Below, piece after piece: positions 26,965 to 36,813 of a DNA stretch of 64,000 bases (position 1 is its first letter; every line of letters begins with the position of its first letter). The translations under genes were made by a program, and so were the position numbers. The DNA is from Alkalispirochaeta sp. (GTDB lineage: Bacteria > Spirochaetota > Spirochaetia > DSM-27196 > Alkalispirochaetaceae): contig OZ271854.1 of assembly GCA_965601925.1 (NCBI GenBank), positions 1,312,001 through 1,376,000 on the forward strand, in the 5' to 3' direction. The notes beneath the pieces were generated by a model. The model was given only the letters and a program-made list of their open reading frames with translations, was not told the origin of the DNA and searched no databases.

Positions 26965-29900
26965 TTAATGTTCCCAGGGTCGGGCACTCCAGTGCCGCCA
27001 CGAACGGAATAGATTGATTTCCCAACCGGTTATGTTACCACCATCATCATACACTGGATCATACCTTGTGCCGGGAAACTGCGATCCATCAAACCACCCT
27101 TCTCCGGTTTGAGGATTAGTGAAACCTGGTCCATGTTCCGGATGATTCCATATTCGTTCATGGTGTGCGTGAGCACCGCTCCCAGTGCCATGCAAACTAG
27201 TTGGAAAAGGTGCAATCTGCTCACCGGCTCCTATGATATCCCCAATGGCATGTCCTACTAAATCATCCGGATTCATATGCAAGATACGATCGGCATAACT
27301 CGTTCCTAAGACACTCAACAGAATCCCGTCCGTTGCATCCGCTCCCGGTATCACTTGTGCATAGCCAGGAGCAAATACTCCGATACCACCGGCCGTATCG
27401 ATTGCCGGATGTGCATAGTCCAGCCGCGCGGGACCTTGGATGTCAATCATCTGGCGCTCTGTGCGGAACCCTTGTGTAATCTCGGCTTCGGGTGTCACCC
27501 CCATGCTCGGCAACAAATACTGCTCGTTGTATGTTCCCATGCGCTGCTGCACGTCGCTCCACACCGCATTCGCCATCTGATAATCGCCATTCACCACCAA
27601 CTCTTCATACGCATTCAAAAGCCCGTCAATGGCGTCCCGTTCCGCTACCTGTTCCGTGATTCTGTCGCTCTCCTGGAATACCAACGACTCCTCAAGGCTT
27701 CGTGGGTTCCCGGCGGACGTCACGTACTCTTGTCCGTTCCACTCCGCGCCGGACGACGTCATCAGCGCATACGCCATGTCGGCGTCCGTCATATTCATGA
27801 CCTCTTCAGCGGGATATCCCGCCGCGACCAGATGGGCCACCGCATTACCCTCACCGACGTACTCCAACAGCGACTCACTGTATCCTAACTGGTGTCCTGT
27901 TTCGTCTACCGCAACATCGATAACGCGCCCAGTATCGGCATCGCGTAATGCTCGCTCTCCATTCCAGGTGATCCTCCCATCACGATGACGCGAAAAGTAG
28001 TCCACCGGTCCTCGATTGGGGAGGTAATTCTCAGGATTCCGTAACGCATCCTCAATCGCTTGTGAGAAATCCGCATCACCCTCCAACCCAAAGACATCCT
28101 TCAAGCGCTCGTATGTCTGCAGTGTTCGATTATACGCACTCGCCTCCGTCGTCTCGCCCAATACCGCACGCTCCACCAGGTGCGTCGCTTCATGCGCCAT
28201 CGCACTTCCCAACATCGCCGAGCTCTCCCGGTCGTTCCCCGTCAATGCTCGCGACAACACGATCGTGTCCGGGTTGTCCGAGTCATACCGTCCGTACTCG
28301 CCCTCCGCCATATCGTCAAACTCACTCTTAATCCGTCGCTCCCACACCGCACCCGCTAATGCCGTGTCGCGTCGGTCCCGGCTGTACGATAACGTGTTCG
28401 CCGCATTCAGGATCGCTCGGTTCTCCACACCCCGTTGCGTCCCCAACGCGCCGCCGACCTTGGCACTCGTCACCCGTACTACATCCGATAATCCTTCCAG
28501 GCTCGTCGCTACCAGGTCCAGTCCGACGTCGTATCCGCCGCTCCCCACGTTGAACAACGCACCGCCTCCGCCGAGGTCCATCTGCAGCACGCCCGCCGAT
28601 AACTCGTTCCCCTTCTCGTCGGTGATCCCCAGCATCCGTCCCATGTTTACCACGTTCAGCGATGCGCTCCCGTCGATCGCGTACTCCGTCGCCGCGCCAA
28701 TCGCACTCGAGGTGATCGTCGCCGCGCTCCGTAATGCATCCAAGTTAAAAGTATTCTCCGCGAGGGCATCGCCGATCCCGTCGCTCGTCAGGAAGTTCCC
28801 CACCATGCCGTTCGCCAACCCTTGCGCCGCGCCGCCGGCGTAGCCCGCTACCGCACTCTCGCCGAAGGTCGATCGGCGGAAGCCCCGTTCGTCAAAGTCC
28901 ATGTCGAAGCTCGCGTCGATCGAGAATGAGTTGATCGCGCTGCTCATCGCCGTCGTCGCTACCGCCTGCGTCGTGCTCACCCCCACGTTCACCGCCGTCT
29001 GCGTGATCGCTCTGCTGCCGTCGACCGCCTTGTCGGCAAGCGTTCCCAACTGGTCAAATCCCTTCGCCATGCCCGCGCTCGCCAGGCTCACCGCCGTGCT
29101 TTTCGCAAAGCTCCCCAACGCGTCGTCCGCGTCCGCGTATCCCGTCGCGATGTCCGTCACTGTAAACGCCGCATTCGTCGCGATCGTTGCCGCCAACGAT
29201 ACGCCCGCTCCCGCTCCCAACGTCGCTACCGAGACCACCACTCCCGTTACCGTCACGATGTTCGGGGCGCCGAACAGTCCGTCCGGACTTCCGTCGTTGT
29301 CTGCGTCGTCGTCCCACAGCCGCATCCGGTGAAACGGTACGTCCATCATCGCAAGGCCCCGTCCCAGCCGCGCTTCGTTCCGATAGAAGTCTTCCATGAT
29401 CCGGCCCATCTCGCCGTAGCCCGCTTCCTGCACCCGCTCCGGGTCGTCGCTCTTCATCACCGGTGCGTAGCCGACGTGGAAGTTGAATAGTCCCTCCGTG
29501 TCGTGGTGCAGGTACTCCTCCTCGCCGCTCTCTTCATTCTCCCGCGTTCGGTCGTAGCCCGCGGCGTGCGTCCAACTCGCCTCGACCGCCGCAAAGCGCT
29601 CTTTGAGCTCGCCGTTCAGCTCCTCGACGCTGGTCGCCGCGGTTCCGTCGTCCTTCTGGTCGTCGCTCCGTCCGAAAATCAGGATCTGATATCGCTCCAT
29701 CTCTTCGTACGCCGCCGCGATCATCGTCTGGATGCCTCGGCTCGACAGGCCGTCCAACGACTCCTCCGAGAGGTCCACTTGGGGTGCAAAGACCGGCGCC
29801 GTAAAGTCATCATACGTTCCCGCCGTCTGCGTCTCCCGTTCGATTCCTCCCATCAGCGTCTCGTCGATAATCACGCGTCGTTGCCACTCCATTCCTTGAC

Positions 29901-32900
29901 GACGGTATCCTCCGCGCTCCATCGTCGTTTGCAGGCTGCCTTCCACTGCGCGGTTCGCGTCGTTTATCCCGTCGGTCACCGCGACGACCCCTTCGCGGAT
30001 CTGTTCCCGCATTTGCAATGCCGTCACGCGCATCGCGCGCCGTTGAATCTCCTCGCCCAACTCGTCCGATAGCGCTCGGGCGCTCCGCGCGCTCTGCGTC
30101 GTCGAGCGTACCCGCGGCAGATACGCCGCCACGATCGGGCTCCCGCCGGCGCGGTCGGCGATCCGGCCCGCCTCGCGCACGATCGTCGAGAGCATCCGTC
30201 CGTCGGTCGCCTCCCGCACCGTGTGTTCCAGATTCCCCACCTCAAGGTCCAGATCCGGGACCGCGATCGCTTCGCTTTCGGCGATCAGCCGTTCGGCGTC
30301 CAGTCCCACTTGTCGCGCCGTCGCCTCGCTTCCGGCGCGTACCGCGTGCTGCGTCGTCCGTTCGATCCATTCCGTACGCGATTGCGTCATCCGGTCGTAG
30401 CGGGCGTTCCACACCGCCACCGCCTCCGCATACGCCTCCTGCGTCTCTTCCTGGAACCGTTTCCGCTGTCCCGCCAACCGGACCGATCCCGCCTGCCACT
30501 CCGTGAGGCCCGTCGCCACGAGGCTGTTCATTCGGACCGTCCAGTCGTCCTCGCGGCGCATCAGCGTCTCGTACTCCATGGTCAGGCGGTGGGATTGCGC
30601 GGTATGGACGCCGCCCAGGCGCATCCCCGCCGCGTCGTGAATGTGCTCGGCGATCAGCTCCAGCTGAAATGCCCGCGCCTCGTCGTTAAAGGTCGCAAGG
30701 GCGCCGGTCGGCGCTCCCGTCGTACCGTGGCGAATCAAGACCGACTCCATCGATCCCTGTCGATACGCCATGTGGTCGGCGATGTCGTAGGCGGGGTCGG
30801 CAAAGCGCGTGCGCGTCACCGTCTCCAGCTCCGCTTCGGTGACCTCCTCGCCCCGCAGATAGCGTCCCAACACCGTCTCGTAGGATAGCTGGTCGTTCTG
30901 TTGCGCCGTCGCAAGCTCCGCGATCCGGTCGGCGACCGCCGTTCCGGCGGTATGGACGTCCGATGCCAACCGCGTTTCGGCGGCGGCAAGGACCGAGAGG
31001 CTCGTCGCGCGCTCCGATGCGCTGCCGCCGCTCACCACCTCGGCGATCATGGCGCTCAGTTCGGCCGAAATCGCACCGGTACCCGACGCGGTCAGGGAGG
31101 TACGCACCTCCGCCGCGGTGGGGCGTTTGCCCGCCAGTACGCGCAGCTCGGCGGCCTTCGTATTCTGATCGTCGAGCGCCGTCGTCACTCCTCCCACGAG
31201 TTCCATCAGCGTCACACGTTGATCGTCCCACGCATAGTCGGGTATCTGGCGCCGCAGGGTCCGTATTCGTTTTCCCTTCCGCCGGCGGACCGTGCGCCAC
31301 CATCTGAGATAGCTGCGCTGCTTACTCTCCGCCTTCGGGTCGACATAGTCGCGCACGACCTTCGAGGCGTCGTCGGCGATAAAGTCGACGCTAAACGCTT
31401 CGTCCACCGGGCCGTCGCCGGCGACCAACATCGTGAAGAACCGATACGCTCCGTGGCTGAGCCCTGCGGAGCGAATCTGGTCGTAGGCCGCGCGCGTCTC
31501 CCGTTCCAGTTTCCACCGTACCGTACCCTCGTATGTCAAAACCCCGGTTTGCCAGTCCACGTACTCGTCCATGTTCAAGGAGATCTTGTCCAACAGGTTG
31601 TTAAAGCTCGCATCGTTGAGAATGGTCGCCTCTACGACGTTGTGGTCTGCGTCGGCGAACGCGTCGGTAAAATGGATTTCGTAGTACAGTGCGAGTCCCA
31701 TGGTCCGCAGCGCGTCGCCGCCGAGTTGGTTCATCGCCAACGCCCACGATGCGAGGTCGGTCGAAAAGGTCTCTTCCCAATCTCCCGAGAAGTAGCTCGC
31801 CGCATGAAAGCGTTCCTGATCCCCCGCAATCCGGCCCGTGCCGACCGCGTCGTAGTCCGGTGCAAAGGTGAAATCGTCGCCACGCGCCAATTGACCGGCC
31901 GTCCGCGCGACCTCCATTTGGCTCGCCGCCAATGCCCCTTCGGCTCCCGAGGTCTTGACCGCCAACGTCTCCCGGACCACCGCCGCCTCTTGGTAGGTCA
32001 GCATCGCCGCGCGCTCCTCGGCGATGAGGTCCCCGTAGCGCTGGTCCCGACTCGCGTCGGTCACGCGCTCGGCGTGCTCTTCCACCAAACGCAGGACGGT
32101 GCGCGCTCGTTCCAACTCCTCGCTCCGCCGCAGCACCACCGCCGCCGGGTCGATCTCGTCGGTCAGATACCCGGTGCGCGCGTAGTCCATGATCTCCTCG
32201 GCCTCTTGTAGCTCGCGACGCGCCGCGGTATACGCGCCCCGCGCCGTATCCACTCCGCTCGCCGCCGCCTCATAGTCCGTCACCGCCTCGTCAAAGGCGC
32301 GAATCGCCTCCTCGTACTCCCGTCGGGCGTCGTCCACCCTCCCGCGCTGCGTCTTGATATCTTCCTTCAGCGGGGCGATCGTGTCGCGAGCAAAGCGGTC
32401 GGCATCCGCCTCAAAGTCCGCTTGCGTCGCCCGCGCCGCATCCAGGTCACCCAGCGTCCCCAGATAGGTCGACTCGGCACCCAGAAAGGTCGTCCGGGCG
32501 CCGGATCGTGCGCTCCCCGCCGCCCCGTCGGTCACCAGCTCCACGATCTCGTCGCGGCTGCTCGTCGTCAACGCCGCGATCGCCGCGCCGATCAGCCCCT
32601 TGATCGGCGCGCTCGCGATCCCCCCGGTTATCGTACCGCCGGTCAAGGTGTGATAGCTCGTGTCACCCGCCTCGTCCACCAGATGTCGCAACCACGCCGC
32701 CCCGGCGTTGGCTTTCGTCAGATGCTCGTACTCACTCCGCAGGGCGCCGACACCCGCGTCGTCGGCACTCCCGCCGACCGCGGCCGCCGCCGCATCGCGA
32801 TCCTCCGCACTCGCATCCGGGTCTTCCAACACCTCCAACGCCGCGGCCAACACCTCGGCGCGCTCCCGATTCTCCAGGGGACCCACGAACGACACCGACC

Positions 32901-35900
32901 CACCCAGCTCCGCGATCCGCGCCCGCGTGTACACCGTCACCAGGTCCGCCACCGCCGTGGGAATGTCGTCCATCGCCACCAGCTCTTCGTAGATATCCCG
33001 CAACGTCGCAATGGAGGGGGGAGCGCCGTCCGCGGTGATCGGCGCCACGATCGCCGTTACCGTCGCCGCGTAGGCGGCCATTCGCGTCCCGATCGTGGTG
33101 ATCGAGACCTCCCGATACGCCTCCCACGCGTCCCGTAACGCCTCGGCGTCGGCGAGTGCCGTCACCTCGTCGCGGAGCAGATCGTCCACGAGTCCCGCGT
33201 AGTCGACGCCGAAGTCCGTATCCCGCTCTCCGGTCTCAAAGACGATCCGCGCCGCTCCCGCCGCATCGCTCCCGTCCAACAGTGCATCCATGTCGATCGT
33301 CACCAGAGCCGGGTCAAAGACCACATACGCCACCCCCGGCGGCGGCGTGCCCGCTCCCGTGTCGTCGGTCAGGATATAGACCGTGCCGATCGCCGGATTC
33401 GCGGGGATCTCGCTCGCATCGGCCACCGTCACCACCGTCGGCTCCGTCGGCGCACTCAGGCCCGCGTCCACGGCCGCCGTCACCGCCGCCGCGTAGGCGC
33501 TCGTCACCGCCGTATCTCGCGCCGCCTCGATCGCCACGGCCTCCGCCGCCACCAAGGTGTCGTAGTGTCCTTGGATCGCGTCGCGCGCCGCCTCTCGCGC
33601 CGCGTCCAGAGCCGTGTGGGCCGTCGTCACCGCCATGGCATGGCCGTCCCCGATCACCGCGATCTCATCCGTGCTCGCCCATCCCGCCTCGTCGGTCACC
33701 ACCGTGCCGCGCAATACGCGGATCGCGTACTCGCTCCGCGCCACATCCCGTGCCGCCGCCGCGGTCGCATCCGCCAGCAGCCGTTCCGCCGCCAGCTCGC
33801 GCAGCCGTCGCTCCGGTGTACCCGCACCCACCGCCGTCGCCGCATCGATCGCCGCCACCAGGTCCGCATATCGTCCCGTCTCGATATCGAGTCCCGCCGC
33901 CGCCAAGGTCAGCCCCAGCTCCTCGGCGTCCACCGTCGCCCAATCGATCGCGAGCCCCGCGAGTACATCTCGGTGCGCGATCAGCGTCGGAAGGTCGACG
34001 TACTCGTCGCTCTCCGCATCGTCGCTCCCGGCAAGGTCATGGGCGATCGAGAGCGCGTCCTCCCACGCCGTCGCCACATGCGCATCCGCGTCGGCTCTCG
34101 CATACGCCTCCGCATTCGCCGCACGCCCTTCGCCGGCGTGCGTCGTAACGTGATCGGAGAGGGTGCGAATCAACGTGTCGTAGACGCTCGCGTCGTTTAA
34201 CCGCTGCACCTCTTCCGCCGCCGCAAGCTCCGCGGTAATCCGTCGCAGCTCCGCCTCCTCGATCGAGAGCGCCGCCTGCCGGTCCGCCAACGCCGCCTGG
34301 GCGTCGGGTAACAGCGTCCGCGTCATCGTCTCCAAGGTCGCGATCGCCTCGGCAAACGCCGCCTCCGCCGCCTCGAACGCCGCCCGCTCCACAGCATAGC
34401 GCGCCTCGGTCTCGGCCAACGTCGCGCGGTCCGAGGAGGTATCCGCCGCGTATGCGGCCACCGCCTCGGCAATGGCGTGCTGATCCTCCAGCGCGGCGAC
34501 CATGCCCGCCAGTCGCGCCGCCTCCACCTCGCCGGAGCTCAACGCCGCCCCGTAGGTGTCCAGCTCGCCGAACATCCCGTACAGACTCGCCTGGGCGCCG
34601 TCGCGCATCGCCTCGAAGTCCGCCAACACTCCGCCGGTCCCGTCCGCGCCGTGCCAATAGACCAGCTCCTCGTTCACCTCCGCCAACGATGCGGCGATCG
34701 AGGACAGCTGGTTGTTCGCCAACGCGATTTCCATCGTGAGTCTCGCCATCGGCGACTCGTGATCGTGATGAGTGATACCTAAATGGTTCTGGAGCCACGG
34801 CACCCATCTGGCGGTGCGCTCATTGACGTATCCTTGCAACCGTCGATCACGGTCCGAACTTCTTTCCGTGATGGTGCGTGAGTCCTCGGCTCCTTCAACC
34901 TCTCTCGTCTGCCGTTCCAGGAGTTTCGGATCGAGTCCGTCGGCGGCCAGAAATGTCTGTACAAGATTCATATTCGATTCATGACCGCCATTCAAAAACG
35001 CCGCATATCTCGCAGGCGGCAATGCGGCTTGGTCGGCGTTTCGTTGCAAGAGGTACTCCGCTTGGTCCGCCTCCAGCGTCTCTTTCATTCCTTCCAGGGC
35101 GGCGATGTTCTCTTTCGCCATCGCCACCACGTCGGCCGCCTGGCGATACACCGCCAGATACGCCTCGCTCTCCGATCGGATCTTCGCCTGTTCTTCCGCC
35201 GCCGCACGGGCAAGCTCCGCCATCGTCTCGTCAAACGAGTCCCGAAACGCCGTCGTCGTCTCCTCCCACGCCGCCGCACCTACCGCCAGCACGTCCTGCA
35301 TCTCTCCGATCCACGCGCTCCGCGACGCCTCGAACGATCGTAACGCCTCGTCCCACGCCGCCTCCGCCTCGCGATACTGCTCCTGCGCCTCCGACTCCCA
35401 CGCCATCCGTTCGGCGATAAATCGCTCTTCCGCACCGTTCCACGCGCTCAATCCCCGCGCAAACTCCGCCTCAAAGCTCTCCTGCCACGCCTCCGCCTCT
35501 ATCCGCGCCTCGCCCACATCCGCGTCACCCTCCGGTACCAACGCCGCCAGATGCGCACTCACCTCGTCCAACCTCACCTGCGTGTCGCGAATCAACCGCC
35601 CCGCCGTCGACCGCGCCGTCTCCTCCTCCGCCTGCCGCCGCATGCTGTAGCTGTCCTGTAACCGCCCCTGCGCCAGCCGCCGGCTCGATCGTATCACCTG
35701 CGACCGAAACTCCCGCTCGATATGCGCCTTGTACTCGCCCACCGATACCGCCAGCTCGCTCGCCACCGTCTCCCGCACCGCGCCCTCAAACGTTCCCAAC
35801 ACCTCCGTCGCCGTCGCCTCCGCGCTCGCTTCCCACGCCGTGTACAACGCCGCAAACGCATCCTCGACCTCCGCCTCCCACGCCGCTTCGGCCGCCTCGT

Positions 35901-36297
35901 ATCCCTCCGCACCCTGCAGGATCACATCCCCCGCCTCGTCGAAGGTGTACTCACCCCCGCCGTCGGTCTCGTACAGATACCGCCGATTCGCCGCATCGAT
36001 CGCGCGCCGCAGCCCCGCCGCGTCGAACCGCGCCACCGACCGCTCCCATTCCGCCTCGACCACCCGGCCCAGACTCGCCGCCCACCGGTCGCCCAAGGCC
36101 GCCGTCTCCCACTCGTCCAGTCCCCCCAGGCCGATCCCCGTCACCGCCTCCCATTCCGCGATGCTCCCGCTGCGACTCGCCCGCTCGTACACACCCTCGC
36201 CGACGACGTGATCGCCCGTCTCAACGTCGTCCGGCATCTGCCCGACGACCGTTCCCGTGCATGCCGCGATCAGTACTGCGATTCCTATTCGTCTCAT
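26965..36297 (-). CDS. Giant (~3110 aa) secreted polymorphic toxin-like protein: coiled-coil-like body, HExxH domain, C-terminal M23-like peptidase
   Basis: GAGAGG RBS before ATG 36297; signal MRRIGIAVLIAACTGTVVG; A/E/R-rich helical body; HEATH (~28180-28194); tip HPAID...LHM...GSGAHAHHE. Confidence 0.85.
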   Translation of the reverse strand: MRRIGIAVLIAACTGTVVGQMPDDVETGDHVVGEGVYERASRSGSIAEWEAVTGIGLGGLDEWETAALGDRWAASLGRVVEAEWERSVARFDAAGLRRAIDAANRRYLYETDGGGEYTFDEAGDVILQGAEGYEAAEAAWEAEVEDAFAALYTAWEASAEATATEVLGTFEGAVRETVASELAVSVGEYKAHIEREFRSQVIRSSRRLAQGRLQDSYSMRRQAEEETARSTAGRLIRDTQVRLDEVSAHLAALVPEGDADVGEARIEAEAWQESFEAEFARGLSAWNGAEERFIAERMAWESEAQEQYREAEAAWDEALRSFEASRSAWIGEMQDVLAVGAAAWEETTTAFRDSFDETMAELARAAAEEQAKIRSESEAYLAVYRQAADVVAMAKENIAALEGMKETLEADQAEYLLQRNADQAALPPARYAAFLNGGHESNMNLVQTFLAADGLDPKLLERQTREVEGAEDSRTITERSSDRDRRLQGYVNERTARWVPWLQNHLGITHHDHESPMARLTMEIALANNQLSSIAASLAEVNEELVYWHGADGTGGVLADFEAMRDGAQASLYGMFGELDTYGAALSSGEVEAARLAGMVAALEDQHAIAEAVAAYAADTSSDRATLAETEARYAVERAAFEAAEAAFAEAIATLETMTRTLLPDAQAALADRQAALSIEEAELRRITAELAAAEEVQRLNDASVYDTLIRTLSDHVTTHAGEGRAANAEAYARADADAHVATAWEDALSIAHDLAGSDDAESDEYVDLPTLIAHRDVLAGLAIDWATVDAEELGLTLAAAGLDIETGRYADLVAAIDAATAVGAGTPERRLRELAAERLLADATAAAARDVARSEYAIRVLRGTVVTDEAGWASTDEIAVIGDGHAMAVTTAHTALDAAREAARDAIQGHYDTLVAAEAVAIEAARDTAVTSAYAAAVTAAVDAGLSAPTEPTVVTVADASEIPANPAIGTVYILTDDTGAGTPPPGVAYVVFDPALVTIDMDALLDGSDAAGAARIVFETGERDTDFGVDYAGLVDDLLRDEVTALADAEALRDAWEAYREVSITTIGTRMAAYAATVTAIVAPITADGAPPSIATLRDIYEELVAMDDIPTAVADLVTVYTRARIAELGGSVSFVGPLENRERAEVLAAALEVLEDPDASAEDRDAAAAAVGGSADDAGVGALRSEYEHLTKANAGAAWLRHLVDEAGDTSYHTLTGGTITGGIASAPIKGLIGAAIAALTTSSRDEIVELVTDGAAGSARSGARTTFLGAESTYLGTLGDLDAARATQADFEADADRFARDTIAPLKEDIKTQRGRVDDARREYEEAIRAFDEAVTDYEAAASGVDTARGAYTAARRELQEAEEIMDYARTGYLTDEIDPAAVVLRRSEELERARTVLRLVEEHAERVTDASRDQRYGDLIAEERAAMLTYQEAAVVRETLAVKTSGAEGALAASQMEVARTAGQLARGDDFTFAPDYDAVGTGRIAGDQERFHAASYFSGDWEETFSTDLASWALAMNQLGGDALRTMGLALYYEIHFTDAFADADHNVVEATILNDASFNNLLDKISLNMDEYVDWQTGVLTYEGTVRWKLERETRAAYDQIRSAGLSHGAYRFFTMLVAGDGPVDEAFSVDFIADDASKVVRDYVDPKAESKQRSYLRWWRTVRRRKGKRIRTLRRQIPDYAWDDQRVTLMELVGGVTTALDDQNTKAAELRVLAGKRPTAAEVRTSLTASGTGAISAELSAMIAEVVSGGSASERATSLSVLAAAETRLASDVHTAGTAVADRIAELATAQQNDQLSYETVLGRYLRGEEVTEAELETVTRTRFADPAYDIADHMAYRQGSMESVLIRHGTTGAPTGALATFNDEARAFQLELIAEHIHDAAGMRLGGVHTAQSHRLTMEYETLMRREDDWTVRMNSLVATGLTEWQAGSVRLAGQRKRFQEETQEAYAEAVAVWNARYDRMTQSRTEWIERTTQHAVRAGSEATARQVGLDAERLIAESEAIAVPDLDLEVGNLEHTVREATDGRMLSTIVREAGRIADRAGGSPIVAAYLPRVRSTTQSARSARALSDELGEEIQRRAMRVTALQMREQIREGVVAVTDGINDANRAVEGSLQTTMERGGYRRQGMEWQRRVIIDETLMGGIERETQTAGTYDDFTAPVFAPQVDLSEESLDGLSSRGIQTMIAAAYEEMERYQILIFGRSDDQKDDGTAATSVEELNGELKERFAAVEASWTHAAGYDRTRENEESGEEEYLHHDTEGLFNFHVGYAPVMKSDDPERVQEAGYGEMGRIMEDFYRNEARLGRGLAMMDVPFHRMRLWDDDADNDGSPDGLFGAPNIVTVTGVVVSVATLGAGAGVSLAATIATNAAFTVTDIATGYADADDALGSFAKSTAVSLASAGMAKGFDQLGTLADKAVDGSRAITQTAVNVGVSTTQAVATTAMSSAINSFSIDASFDMDFDERGFRRSTFGESAVAGYAGGAAQGLANGMVGNFLTSDGIGDALAENTFNLDALRSAATITSSAIGAATEYAIDGSASLNVVNMGRMLGITDEKGNELSAGVLQMDLGGGGALFNVGSGGYDVGLDLVATSLEGLSDVVRVTSAKVGGALGTQRGVENRAILNAANTLSYSRDRRDTALAGAVWERRIKSEFDDMAEGEYGRYDSDNPDTIVLSRALTGNDRESSAMLGSAMAHEATHLVERAVLGETTEASAYNRTLQTYERLKDVFGLEGDADFSQAIEDALRNPENYLPNRGPVDYFSRHRDGRITWNGERALRDADTGRVIDVAVDETGHQLGYSESLLEYVGEGNAVAHLVAAGYPAEEVMNMTDADMAYALMTSSGAEWNGQEYVTSAGNPRSLEESLVFQESDRITEQVAERDAIDGLLNAYEELVVNGDYQMANAVWSDVQQRMGTYNEQYLLPSMGVTPEAEITQGFRTERQMIDIQGPARLDYAHPAIDTAGGIGVFAPGYAQVIPGADATDGILLSVLGTSYADRILHMNPDDLVGHAIGDIIGAGEQIAPFPTSLHGTGSGAHAHHERIWNHPEHGPGFTNPQTGEGWFDGSQFPGTRYDPVYDDGGNITGWEINLFRSWRHWSARPWEH

Positions 36298-36529
36298 CTT
36301 CGTCCTCTCTCTATCGCTCGTCGTCGTCTCGGCCGACCCGCCGCCTCGCATGCGCCCGTTGTGCACCGCGATCGAACGCACCCTCCGCCCACGCCGCACC
36401 GGCGTCGCGCGAAGCATGCGTCCGTCGAAATCCTGGGATCACTCGAGATGGCCGTATCTCCCTCATGAACACACAACACGATACGGTCTCTCGGACCGCG
36501 GCGCTTCATATACGGAGATATCGCTGTGT

Positions 36530-36800
36530 TTGACTTGCTTTCACTATATCATAGTGCGCATGTGAATAAAAGGAATATCAACACAATACGTAATGATTCT
36601 TCAATGTTTATCAAATAATATTAATTATATTGGAATAAAGGTATTCTTTTGATCGAACCAAAGGCGGAATACACAGCGTCTTGAGATGGCAAACGGATTG
36701 AGACTCCATGTATTCACATTATGGGATATCATGCTATAAATATCACTGAAGTGACATTGATGCGAGAATACGGATGTCACTTTTTGGTTTATCCAATACT
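36530..36800. promoter_or_regulatory. AT-rich divergent promoter region between the giant gene and the export operon
   Basis: Strongly AT-rich intergenic DNA; palindrome CACTAT-N3-ATAGTG at 36542-36556; exact promoters not resolved. Confidence 0.5.
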
Positions 36801-36813
36801 GGTGACCGCGGAC

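Noticed and set aside
16026..29864. Diversity-generating retroelement (TR/VR pair)
   Set aside because: No reverse transcriptase in the window; differences between repeats are not adenine-specific and appear mostly synonymous
29503..36468. Many long plus-strand ORFs opposite the giant gene (and similar shadows elsewhere, e.g. 1323-2336, 57477-58523)
   Set aside because: Arg/Pro/Ser-rich antisense or alternate-frame shadows expected in GC-rich coding DNA; no recognisable motifs
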